Below, piece by piece: positions 27,577 to 41,400 of a stretch of DNA of 64,000 nt (the first letter of the stretch is position 1; each line of letters begins with the position of its first letter). The DNA is from Euglena gracilis. Taxonomy: Eukaryota. The stretch lies in NCBI GenBank assembly GCA_039621445.1, contig CP154954.1, positions 8,682,634-8,746,633 of the forward strand. Direction: 5' to 3'. The notes beneath the pieces are model-generated. The model ran no database searches, was not told the origin of the DNA, and was given only the letters and a program-made list of their open reading frames with translations. The position numbers and the translations under genes are program-made.

Positions 27577-29106
27577 CACACCACACCCTTGGGAATCGGA
27601 CCGAGAATCACAGACACTCCTCACTTTTTCAAAGAACTTCAAATGTACATAAGCACAACAGAACACAGTGCAATATATGTCCACATTTCTGAGAAAAGAT
27701 TTCCACTGTTGATCTGAACTCCAAGAAATATTCCTGGTATAGTAGTGGTTACCACTCTCAAGAAATATACCTGGTATAGTATTCAGTCATTCGAAGTCAT
27801 TCGGGTACATATTTTATTCAGGCAAGTTTTTGAAGTCAAACAGCCGGTTTTTGACGTGTTTGCATGATGATTTGCATCTTTCCTGGATTGCCTTCACAGG
27901 TGTGTGGCATATTATTTCGGCAATGGAAGTCCCAGGCTGTGGGGATATTATTTAGGGTCGTTTTCCTCTTTTTTATTTACCCAAGTAACATAAAACACTA
28001 TCACATTCACAAAAACCTCAAAATAAAAAAATCGCACCAAAAAATCACTATTGTGAACTGGTGGGGTGCATTGATTTGGCGACCACCCTTCCCTCAACTC
28101 AGAAAGTGCCAACCGGTGCTTCAGAAAGCACAGGAAAAGGGGGAGAAATTCATTTTTTTTAGTTGTTTTCATTCTACAACAGTTTTGGCAATAGTTTGGA
28201 TATTTTTGTCAACAAAAATTGAAGTGGTACCAGCAAGAATTTATCTGAGAATCGGTGAAATTTGAACAAAGCAAACTGCTAATATTTGGTCGTGATTGTG
28301 TGACCCATGGGGGTTGTTTAATATAACCGGACCTTGGAATTGTTGTGAAGTTATCCTTGAGGGGGGGGGGGGCATGTGCTCTATCTCGGTCTGTCAGTAT
28401 GTTGTTTAGGGCCGGGGTTATGGGTTAGAGATCAGCCCAAATTTGGTCACGGTTCAGGCTGGAATTCAGTCTGGCGACGTATCCCCAACCCCATTGCCTA
28501 ACGCAACTTTAACCGAGAACCCTTTGCTTAAGAGAACATAATAAAAACGAAGAAACTCTCTGCAGGTGGGCGAGACAGGGCGTTGCTCAAGGAAATTTGA
28601 TCACCAAGCCCTGGTGGGGGGCCGGCCAGCCAGCAGCTTTCTTCCAGCCCCGGACCCTTCCGACATCAACGTCCTTTAGCCGTCCTTTGGGCGGCTGGAA
28701 GGTAACGGATTTTTCGTTTTCAGACCTACAAAAAATGGGCCAAAGAGGGCAACAATGGGTCAAAAATGGACGAAAATGGGTCAGAAAACAGCGTCCAGGA
28801 CATTTTTCAAACGGTGGGGGGGAAGATGATTTCAGGATTTCTGGATTTCAGGATTTCAGGATTTCAGGATTTCAGCACTGTCAGAAGCATAGTCGGTCGC
28901 TTCAAAAAACTCAGCCACAGCAGCAAATGATTTTTATCAAAGAGGTTCCGCTTCTTTCGCCAGCTTAGCCCCCCCCCCCCTGGGGTCCAACTCGAAGGCT
29001 TTAGAGTTATTTCTTTTCGTTGCATTGGCCTTTTGTTTTCCCCACAGTTTTGGTGTGGCCAGCCCACTGCCCACACCCCCAAAGGCGTCCCGCCCCCCAT
29101 CGCCAC

Positions 29107-29157
29107 ATGGCGGACCTGGTGTTCACCCCCACTGTGGTCCGCAACCTCCGGGCCCTC
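29107..29157 (+). CDS. MDN1: Midasin exon 1 in window (MADLVFTPTVVRNLRAL); may extend 5' to the AG acceptor at 29047
   Basis: Pre-D1 motif; joins exon 2 across the CCCTCGAG direct repeat. Confidence 0.75.
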
Positions 29158-30648
29158 GAGCATACGTCTCTTTAAGGTTTTGCAGCCCCCCCCCCCTGGG
29201 GGAACCCAATTTTGGCCCACCCAGCCTCAACAGCACCCCCCCAGGGGGGTGCTGCTAGCTCTGCTAGCCAGCCCTCTGGGGGTCCAGCCGAAAATTTTTA
29301 GGCAAAACGCCGAAATTTTTAGAAAGAAAGTGTTCAAAAATGGCCAAAAATTGGGGTTTCGGGGGTGTTTTGGGCGTTTTGGGGGGTGTTAGACACTCAT
29401 TTTTTTTCTTCAAAATTGTGTTTTGCAGGTCATTCTTTGGGCAATTGTCTGATTTCCGTCAAACCCGGCCCATCTCAGGTCCAGCTAGGGTCCAACCCCC
29501 CGCCCCCCCTGGGGCTGGCCAACCCAAATTTCCAGCCACCCCAAATTTCTAGCCCTAGCCCCCCCAGGGTCCTTGAAGAGGTGTATGCCCTCGAGGCCGC
29601 AGTAGACTGCAGCCCCGCCATCCTCGTCGAGGGCATCACCGGAACCGGCAAGACCGCGCTCATCGCCCGACCGGCCCCCCGGCATTAGATCCCCGCAGGT
29701 CGGTCGAAACGGGCGGGGTGCCGAGGCCCCCTCCCCCAGAAGTCGGTCTTCGGCCTTAACTTGCGATCTTGCCCCCCTCCCATTTGTCAGGGTTTTTGGC
29801 CTCGCATGGCCTGCCGGACTTCTCAACATGCAAATTTGACCCCTAAGGTTCCCCCCTGTCCTCACCTTCAAAAAATCTCGGCCTGGGCCAAGCGCCTGGG
29901 GGGGGGGGATACATCCCCCTCGTCCTTGACATGGGTTGCCTATGACACACACACCGTGTAAACTGCACTTTCGCTGTAATTTGGTGGGGGAATGTAGCAA
30001 CGTGGTGCCTTGGGCCAACCAATAACATTCAGTCAAGTGCCTGGGCTGGAAATCAGCAGTAGCTCCGACACGGACCCATGGCTTAGGGATGACCTGACTG
30101 GTGCCAAACACCTTCCTGGTGAGATCCAGCTCAGTTGGGCTGTGGCAGCCGCCACGCCAAAAACCAAACACTTGAAAAGGTTGAGAAGGGTTGCCAAAGG
30201 CCTCTGTCTGAGTCTCTGTCCCTCCTGGAATGTTGGCCTCTTGCCCATATCCATACATACATACATACATACATACATACATACATACATACATACATAC
30301 ATACATACATACATACATACATACATACATACATACATACATACATACATACATACATACATACATACATACATACATACATACATACATACATACATAC
30401 ATACATACATACATACCACTCCCCCCCCTTATTTGAGCACACCCACAGGCCAAAGGACCCCCCAAATGCTCAAATAAGGGGGGGGGTCAAATAAGGGGGG
30501 GTCAAAAATTCCTTTAGAAAGAGGGCAAAAAAATTTTTTGTACCTACCTACCTACCTACCTACCTACCTACCTATCTACCTACCTACCTACCTACGTACC
30601 TACTTACCTACCTACCTACCTACCTACCTACCTACCTACCTACCTACA

Positions 30649-30680
<32 letters not shown>

Positions 30681-33600
30681 CATACATACATACATACATA
30701 CATACATACATACATACATACATACATACATACATACATACATACATACATACATACATACATACATACATACATACATACATACATACATACATACCAC
30801 TCCCCCCCCCCTTATTTAAGCACACCCACAGGCCAAAGGACCCCCCAAATGCTCAAATAAGGGGGGGGGGTCAAATAAGGGGGGGGTCAAAAATTCCTTT
30901 AGAAAGAGGGCAAAAAAAAATTTCGGCGCCTTCGGCGCCTAAAATTTTTTCTTCCCCGGACCCAAATGCTCAATTAAAGGGGGGGGTCAAATAAGGGGGG
31001 ATGAGTGGTACATACACATATACATACATACATACATACATACATACATACATACATACATACATACATACATACATACATACATACATACATACATACA
31101 TACATACATGCATACATGCATACATACATACATACATACATACATACATACATACATACATACATACATACATACATACATACATACATACATACATACA
31201 TACATACATACATACATACATACATACATACATACATACATACATGCATGCATGCATACATACATACCTACACACATACATACGTACATACATACATACA
31301 TACATACATACATACATACATACATACATACATACATACATACATACATACATACATACATACATACATACATACATACATACATACATACATACATACA
31401 TACATACATACATACATACATACATACATACATACATACATACATACATACCACTCCCCCCCCTTATTTGAGCACACCCACATGCCAAAGGACCCCCCAA
31501 ATGCTCAAATAAGGGGGGGGTCAAATAAGGGGGGTTTCAAAAATTCCTTTAGAAAGAGGGCAAAAAATTTTTTCGTACCTACCTACCTACCTACCTACCT
31601 ACCTACCTACCTATCTACCTACCTACCTACCTACCTACCTACCTACCTACCTACCTACCTACCTACCTACCTACCTACCTACCTACATACATACATACAT
31701 ACATACATACATACATACATACATACATACATACATACATACATACATACATACATACATACATACATACATACATACATACATACATACCACTCCCCCC
31801 CCTTATTTGAGCACACCCACAGGCCAAAGGACCCCCCAAATGCTCAAATAAGGGGGGGGTCAAATAAGGGGGGGTTCAAAAATTCCTTTAGAAAGAGGGC
31901 AAAAAAATTTTCGTACCTACCTACCTACCTACCTACCTACCTACCTACCTATCTACCTACCTACCTACCTACCTACCTACCTACCTACCTACCTACCTAC
32001 CTACCTACCTACCTACCTACCTACCTACCTACCTACATACATACATACATACATACATACATACATACATACATACATACATACATACATACATACATAC
32101 ATACATACATACATACATACATACATACATACATACATACATACATACCACTCCCCCCCCTTATTTGAGCACACCCACAGGCCAAAGGACCCCCCAAATG
32201 CTCAAATAAGGGGGGGGGGGGGTCAAATAAGGGGGGGTCAAAAATTCCTTTAGAAAGAGGGCAAAAAAAATTTCGGCGCCTTCGGCGCCTAAAATTTTTT
32301 CTTCCCCGGACCCAAATGCTCAATTAAAGGGGGGGGTCAAATAAGGGGGGATGAGTGGTACATACACATATACATACATACATACATACATACATACATA
32401 CATACATACATACATACATACATACATACATACATACATACATGCGTACATACATACATACATACATACATACATACATACATACATACATACATACATA
32501 CATACATACATACATACATACATACATACATACATACATACATACAGACATACATACATACATACATACATACATACATACATACAACATACATACATAC
32601 ATACATACATACATACATACATACATACATACATACATACATACATACATACATACATACATACATACATACATACATACATACATACATACCACTCCCC
32701 CCCCTTATTTGAGCACACCCACATGCCAAAGGACCCCCCAAATGCTCAAATAAGGGGGGGGTCAAATAAGGGGGGGTTCAAAAATTCCTTTAGAAAGAGG
32801 GCAAAAAAATTTTTCGTACCTACCTACCTACCTACCTACCTACCTACCTACCTACCTACCTACCTACCTACCTACCTACCTACCTACCTACCTACCTACC
32901 TACCTACCTACCTACATACATACCTACATACATACATACATACATACATACATACATACATACATACATACATACATACATACATACATACATACATACA
33001 TACATACATACATACATACATACATACCACTCCCCCCCCTTATTTGAGCACACCCACAGGCCAAAGGACCCCCCAAATGCTCAAATAAGGGGGGGGGTCA
33101 AATAAGGGGGGGTTCAAAAATTCCTTTAGAAAGAGGGCAAAAAAATTTCGTACCTACCTACCTACCTACCTACCTACCTACCTACCTACCTATCTACCTA
33201 CCTACCTACCTACCTACCTACCTACCTACCTACCTACCTACCTACCTACCTACCTACCTACCTACCTACATACATACATACATACATACATACATACATA
33301 CATACATACATACATACATACATACATACATACATACATACATACATACATACATACATACATACATACATACATACATACATACCACTCCCCCCCCTTA
33401 TTTGAGCACACCCACAGGCCAAAGGACCCCCCAAATGCTCAAATAAGGGGGGGGGTCAAATAAGGGGGGGTCAAAAATTCCTTTAGAAAGAGGGCAAAAA
33501 AAAATTTCGGCGCCTTCGGTGCCTAAAATTTTTTCTTCCCCGGACCCAAATGCTCAATTAAAGGGGGGGGTCAAATAAGGGGGGATGAGTGGTACATACA

Positions 33601-35043
33601 CATATACATACATACATACATACATACATACATACATACATACATACATACATACATACATACATACATACATACATACATACATACATACATACATACA
33701 TGCGTACATACATACATACATACATACATACATACATACATACATACATACATACATACATACATACATACATACATACATACATACATACATACATACA
33801 TACATACATACATACATACATACATACATACATACATACATGCATGCATGCATACATACATACCTACACACATACATACGTACATACATACATACATACA
33901 TACATACATACATACATACATACATACATACATACATACATACATACATACATACATACATACATACATACATACATACATACATACATACATACATACA
34001 TACATACATACACACATACATACCACTCCTCCCCCTTATTTGAGCACACCCACATGCCAAAGGACCCCCCAAATGCTCAAATAAGGGGGGGGTCAAATAA
34101 GGGGGGGTTCAAAAATTCCTTTAGAAAGAGGGCAAAAAAATTTTTCGTACCTACCTACCTACCTACCTACCTACCTACCTACCTATCTACCTACCTACCT
34201 ACCTACCTACCTACCTACCTACCTACCTACCTACCTACCTACCTACCTACCTACATACATACATACATACATACATACATACATACATACATACATACAT
34301 ACATACATACATACATACATACATACATACATACATACATACATACATACATACATACATACATACATACATACATACCACTCCCCCCCCTTATTTGAGC
34401 ACACCCACAGGCCAAAGGACCCCCCAAATGCTCAAATAAGGGGGGGGTCAAATAAGGGGGGGGGTCAAAAATTCCTTTAGAAAGAGGGCAAAAAAAATTT
34501 CGTACCTACCTACCTACCTACCTACCTACCTATCTACCTACCTACCTACCTACGTACCTACCTACCTACCTACCTACCTACCTACCTACCTACCTACCTA
34601 CATACATACATACATACATACATACATACATACATACATACATACATACATACATACATACATACATACATACATACATACATACATACATACATACATA
34701 CATACATACATACATACATACATACATACATACATACATACATACATACCACTCCCCCCCCTTATTTGAGCACACCCACAGGCCAAAGGACCCGGGGGGG
34801 GTCAAATAAGGGGGGGGTCAAAAATTCCTTTAGAAAGAGGGCAAAAAAAAATTTCGGCGCCTTCGGCGCCTAAAATTTTTTCTTCCCCGGACCCAAATGC
34901 TCAATTAAAGGGGGGGGTCAAATAAGGGGGGATGAGTGGTACATACATACATACATACATACATACATACATACATACATACATACATACATACATACAT
35001 ACATACATACATACATACATACATACATGCATACATACATACA

Positions 35044-35077
<34 letters not shown>

Positions 35078-35335
35078 CATACATACATACATACATACAT
35101 ACATACATACATACATACATACATACATACATACATACATACATACATACATACATACATACATACATACATACATACATACATACATACATACATACAT
35201 ACATGCATGCATGCATACATACATACCTACACACATACATACGTACATACATACATACATACATACATACATACATACATACATACATACATACATACAT
35301 ACATACATACATACATACATACATACATACATACA

Positions 35336-35369
<34 letters not shown>

Positions 35370-35451
35370 CATACATACATACGTACATACATACATACAT
35401 ACATACATACATACATACATACATACATACATACATACATACATACATACA

Positions 35452-35485
<34 letters not shown>

Positions 35486-38400
35486 CGTACGTACGTACGT
35501 ACGTACGTACATACATACATACATACATACATATATACATGCTTACATACATACATACATACATACAGAGATACATACATGCATACATGCATGCATACAT
35601 ACATACATACCGTGCTTTGTTTTTCTGAGCTAATTTTCAATAAATGTTGGTGCGGGGAGGCTGGGGAAAGGTGCCCCCCTGGCCATGGACCGCCCCCACC
35701 TCGCGCGACTGCGTGATCAGGACCTGGTCACTGTCAACATCGATGACAGCTTCGATGCCAAAGACCTGCTGGGCAACTACATTTGCGGTGATCCCAGTGG
35801 CCCTCACCCCCCATGTTTGTGGTAGATCTTCGTTGGTCGATGCACAAACATATAGAGAGAGATATGTTGGTGATGATGATGATTTACACCAATCTAGAAA
35901 AGAGAATGTGTCTTCATGTGTGGCATGAATGTGATGCTTGCAAATTTAAACTTTATTTCCACCTTGTCCGCAGCGGCACATGTTCAACGCGTCTGCATAC
36001 CTGCATTCATGTTTTTGGGTGGGTGTGTGGGTGGGGTGCATGTGTGTACAAATCCACTTGTGTGGAGTGTGCTCGCCATCTTCCATTTGTCATTCCCGGC
36101 CCCTGATGGGACACCCCGAGAGACGCTGGGCGGGCCGACACCCCCGGCACGTATGTGCTGCAGGCAGGGCCCCTCGCGACGGCGGTCCGCGCCGGGCGGT
36201 GGATCGTCATCGAGGACATCGACCTCGCCAGCTTCGACCTCCTCTCCGTCCTCATCTCCCTCATCGACACCGGCGCCCAGGGCCAGCCCATGCGGGCCAG
36301 TCCCCATAGCCCTGCCCCCCCCATCCAGATGCCTGCAAATAAAAAACGAAAGCAAATTCAAAAAAAATTCGCTTTCACACTCAATTTTTTTTGTTTTGGG
36401 TGTTCCCCCATTGTCTCGGTGGCCAGACACCTAGTCACCACACCTGGTGACGCATCACAATTTTGTTGGGGTGTTTTTTTGCTGCCGTTTGCAACTTTCA
36501 CCCGTTTCACCCCCGTGACAGTCACTCCTGAACGCCGCAGGCGAGGGGCGAGGGGTCTGCCCTGCGAGCAACCTCACCGTGCAGGACCGCGAGATCCCGG
36601 TCCGGCCAGGCTTCCGCCTCTTCGCCACGCAGGCGCTCGGCAGCAGCACCACCGCCACCATGAACCGCACCAAGGTCCCTACCCCATCCCTTGCCATCTC
36701 CCCAAGCTTCCTTTTCCGGCACAGGCGAGCGACAACATGCAACGTTATATATGATGCAGGGCGTTCCGTCTTCTCTTTTGGGCACCATTGTTAGTTGCTG
36801 GCTGTGTTTATTTTCTTATCTTTTCTTTGTCAAGGTCACGAACTCACACCGAAACCCTGCTCAATTTCGAACCTTGAGAGTTTGTCCACTGTTTTCCAGC
36901 CTTTTTTAACTTTTATTAAATTGAAAGTTGAAAGATGGAACTTTTGTTTGGAACTTCCATCTTTCTTCTGGATTTCACTGTTGGAATTGATTGTACAGTT
37001 TGGCGGCCCAAAACGGGGCGCTGGCGGGTCGAAAAACGCTCATTTTCGGCTCAAAAACAGTTTTTCCGGGTCCGGGAGACCGAAAAAACATCGTTTTGGG
37101 CAAAAAAAAATTTCGATTTTTTCGACTTTTTTGACCCGGTTTTGAGCGTTGATGGTTTTGATGGTGTGATGGTTTCGATTGTGCATTTTAATTGTCTTTA
37201 GCCAACGATCATTGTGCTGCTTTGTTCAGGTCCTTTCCTCTTTTAACAAATGGGGCCACAGTCGGGCTCTGGCATGGAGCCTTGTGCCGCAAAGTGATGT
37301 TGGCTTCACTGTGACGGATATTTATGTATTATTTTTTTAATTTTCGGTCTGCAGCCGTTTCAATGCATCCCCATCGCAGGTGATGGTTTGTCACCAATAT
37401 ACCGCTCTCAGTTTAGCTCAAGTGACACGCTGGGGTTGTATATGGTTATATATATACATATATATACATATATATACATATATACAAAGATATATATATA
37501 TATATATACATTTGATCATACATGTGGTTTATACATATGGTTATATATTTTATTTATTATTTATTTATATATTTTATTTATTATTTATTTATCATCATAT
37601 ATATGTATATACATAAACAGACACACACACACACACATATACATACATACACACACAAACACACACACACACACACACTTACATATTATACATATCATTG
37701 GAAACTTAAAAAAATTACAGGGAAGTGGGATATGGATCGAGCGCTTCGGGTAGTCAATGACCAAGACCTCCGGCTCCCCGAGGTCACGACCGGCGGCCAG
37801 GACCCGGAGTCGTCGTCATCTACAGCCTGTCGCTGGCGGAGATGGCGGCGGTGGTGGCGGTGCAAAACCCGGCCATCCCCCGCCGCTTCGTGTCCCACTT
37901 CCTCAACTCCCTCGCCCCGCCGCCCACGGTGCCGCGGGTGGCCGGCCACGTTTGGGGGGCCTGCGGGTGCTCGCCCATGCTTTTCTCGGTCGAGGATATA
38001 TATTCACCGTGCCACCCCCCGGAGGGTGTGATGCAAAACGGGGGTGCGGGGTGCAGGAGGGGGTCTCCCCCCACCTGGACCAGGAGGGGCGTTCCGGATT
38101 ACCTGCCTCGAGCCGAAAATTGGTCGTGCGGTGTCCCCAGTCCCCCCTCCCTGGTCCGACCCCCCATTTACCCTATATCAAGCCCTGCCCGGGATTGGAG
38201 ACCTGGGTGGGGGAGTTGGTGGTCCCTGTGGGGTGCTGAGAGGTCTTACAAAAAAAAGTTGCATGAAGTTGCCGGAAGAGTTGATAGAATTGATCCCCCC
38301 CCTGTCGATGGGTGGGTTCTGCCGACCCCCCCCCCCCAACGACAGCCAGAAACAGCCTTTCAGTGTCGGAAGCCCCCCCCATAGAGCTCTTGGCCTGGCT

Positions 38401-41400
38401 GCTGTTGGCCGATGTTGTCTGATCCTGTGGGCTGCGGCCCCCAACGAGCTGGCCGCCACGCAGCTTCGGTTCCGGCTGGCGCTGCGGGACGTGCTGAAGT
38501 GGGGGCGGCGCGTCGCACGCGCGATGCCCCGCATGCACTTCAACGAGACGGGCTCAGGCTTCTTTTTTTGTTTTTAACACAGAAGAACCCTGCCCTCCGG
38601 GGGGAGAGGTGGTGGCGGGTCCATGGTCGGAGGTCTGGGAATAGGTTTCGGGCAGAATTTTTTTGAGAATGTTCTTGTACCGTCTGAGTTTTGGGAGTCT
38701 TGTGCTGGGCCAAGTGTGGCTCCCCCACCTCCGGGGGGGTCTTAAACCAAAGCCTGGATGGGCTACATCCCCAACACGACGCGGGTCGCCCTCTTCGAGG
38801 AGACGGTGGACTCGTTCTGCTCGTGTCTTCCCCCACAGGAGTACCACGCCCTGGCGGCTGGATTTGCCGGCAAGCTGGAGGTGTTTGCTCGTTTGTTCAT
38901 TTGTTTGTTTGTTTCTCCCATTTTGCATACACACGGGTTTCTCTCTGTGGTGTGACGGCTGGGTGACCCCACAGAATAATTCCGTGCGAAAATGGTTGTC
39001 GTGGTTGCCTGCAGTCTGCATAATGTTATTTGTAATTTTGTGTTTGGTTTTTACTTCCATATGGATGTATTTGGTTTGCGTATATTTTATGTAGTTGCAA
39101 TCCAATTCTCATACCAAGATAATTTATCTTGTTTTAGTTTCTTAACCACCCATGCCTGTGCGCTTTAGCGCAACGTTTCTGACAATTTTGAGATCTGTTA
39201 AAGGTTACAGTGCGGACAAAAATTACGGGAAAAAATGACAGGGAAAAAAATACAGGAAAAGATTTTGGGACAATTTTTATTTTGGAAAAATTTTGTTTTG
39301 GGAAGATTTCTGTTTTATTCAGTATCAAAAAGCAATGGTGGCCAGTTGTGTGAAGTGATCCGGGACAGAATAAATTGTTTCCTCCCAGATTTTTTCCAAT
39401 GGAATCTTTGGCACTGCCACGTGCAATCCTCGATGAAGTCGAAGCATCTCAAGGACATCCACAAACTTGAGATGACAACTACACCAAGGTTGTTATGGAT
39501 TGGGCCCGGCAGTTTAGCATTTTATCCCATTCATTAGTTCTTTTCTTCGTCATCCACAACCATTCCCGAAAGATGTGCAGCAATGTGAGCATTTCTAGCC
39601 TGTGCTCAACCTGCCAATAACCGCTCTGTTGTCGGTAAGTTTGGAAAGTCTCACAAAAAAGCCTGACAGAAGTAATGCAGGCGACATTGCAGCCGGAAAC
39701 CCTCCATCCCTGTGAGTGTGGCGAGCACACCGCTCGAAAATGTGTGATCTGCAACTACCATGTGTGTGATGGCTGTTTCCCTGACCATTCATCTGTAGTT
39801 TGCCCTTCGTAGACCATGGACAGTGTCCATGTCCTTCGATGACGCTTCGCTTTGCCTTGGCTCAAAGGAAACATTACGGTGTAAAAATTTTTTAGGGCTT
39901 TCCCAAAATTTTCGTTCCCCGTAATTTTTGTCCGGGCTTTAATGGCAATGAAATCGAAATTTTTTGCATCTAATTATCCCTGATTGCCCTCTGTGAATAA
40001 ACAAGCAATCGCTTTTAGGGCAGAAGTGATGTTTAATTATTTAAACCCTCCCCCTGTTGAAGCAACCTTTTCTTTACATTTGGGTTTCACCCATTTCCCC
40101 AAGTGGTTGCTCAGACTTGGGTTTGGTTGGAAACGTTGAAGGCAGCTGAATTCGGACCAAACCGTTGGTAAAAAAAATAAGTTTCGTGTTCCAATGAAAG
40201 GGGGGGGGGTGTATTTTGTATTTAGTATTTTGCATATTTCAAAAAGTATGCCTTTCCATACCAGTCTCAAACGGTGATCATTGAAGACCAGGCATTCAAA
40301 ATTGTTCACCACACTGGCATTGCTTGCCAGTGTCAGTTCGTTTTAGTCTTTCACTGGCTGATTTGTGAGGTGACAGGTTCACGGAGGGTCAGGGGATGTG
40401 GGCTGGATATGAGGGGAGACAGGGAGCAAAGAAGACAAGCACCAAGCATACCACGTCTGAGCCGACCTGAATGCATGGACTCAAACATGTTTTAACGTGC
40501 ACTACCGATCCCAAAATCCTGCAACATCCCGATCCCACAGATCCCGGATGCCGCAGCACGAGAGTTTTTTCCGATCCTTTCCGACTTTTAGGGATGCAAA
40601 ACTGAGAGGCAGTCACGACGTGACGCGTGACCATGGCCCAGGTCTTTTGAAACAGCCGCAATGCAGCCCCCAAACATGATGGCCACACGCATCATGCGTG
40701 ATTTCCGCCACGACACCGGCCCCCAAAAAGCCCCAAAACGAAAGTCACACGCGTCACGTGTGACTTCCGCCGCAACACCCGCTCCCCCCAGGTCTCCTCC
40801 GACGCCCTGGTCTACTTCCTCACGCTGCGGAAGCCGCAGTTCCGCCTCACCGACGGCCAGGTCGAGGTGGGCCGCGCGGTGCTGCCCCGCCTCGCCGCCA
40901 GCCGCCCGGCGGGGACCCTCTTCGCCCCGACGCGGACGTGCCTGACCCTGATGGAGTCCATCATGGTGGCCGTCGGCGGCGGCGAGGCGCTGCTGCTGCG
41001 CAGGGCCCCCGCCGACGTCGGGCAAGCAAGTCGGATGCTCTTTCTTCCTCGACCGCTGGGGGGAGTGTTACTGTGACAGCCGTCCAACGGGGGGGTGTGC
41101 GTTTTTTGTCGATTGCGACAATTCTTGCCGAATCGAATTTTGGTTTTGCATTTTTTTGAATGTTGATTTCCTTCAAATTTTGGTGCCGCAGCCCTCGTTT
41201 GTCATTGGTGGCAGATGCTTCCACATACAGGGAAACCCACACAGACCAGGCAATATTTTTGAAGGCAAAAATGATCAAAACTAAGCTTTTTAAGGCGTTT
41301 TTGAGGTTTTTTTTTAAAGGTTTTTTAGGCATTTTCAAATTCTTAAGAAGTTATGCCTCACACAGACCAGTGCTGTGTTCTTGGTACAGCCTGTCCGCAT

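Noticed and set aside
30251-35610. CRISPR-like repeat-spacer pattern and YIHT/MYVC ORFs
   Set aside because: The intervening sequence is simple (TACA)n/(TACC)n; the ORFs are microsatellite translations.
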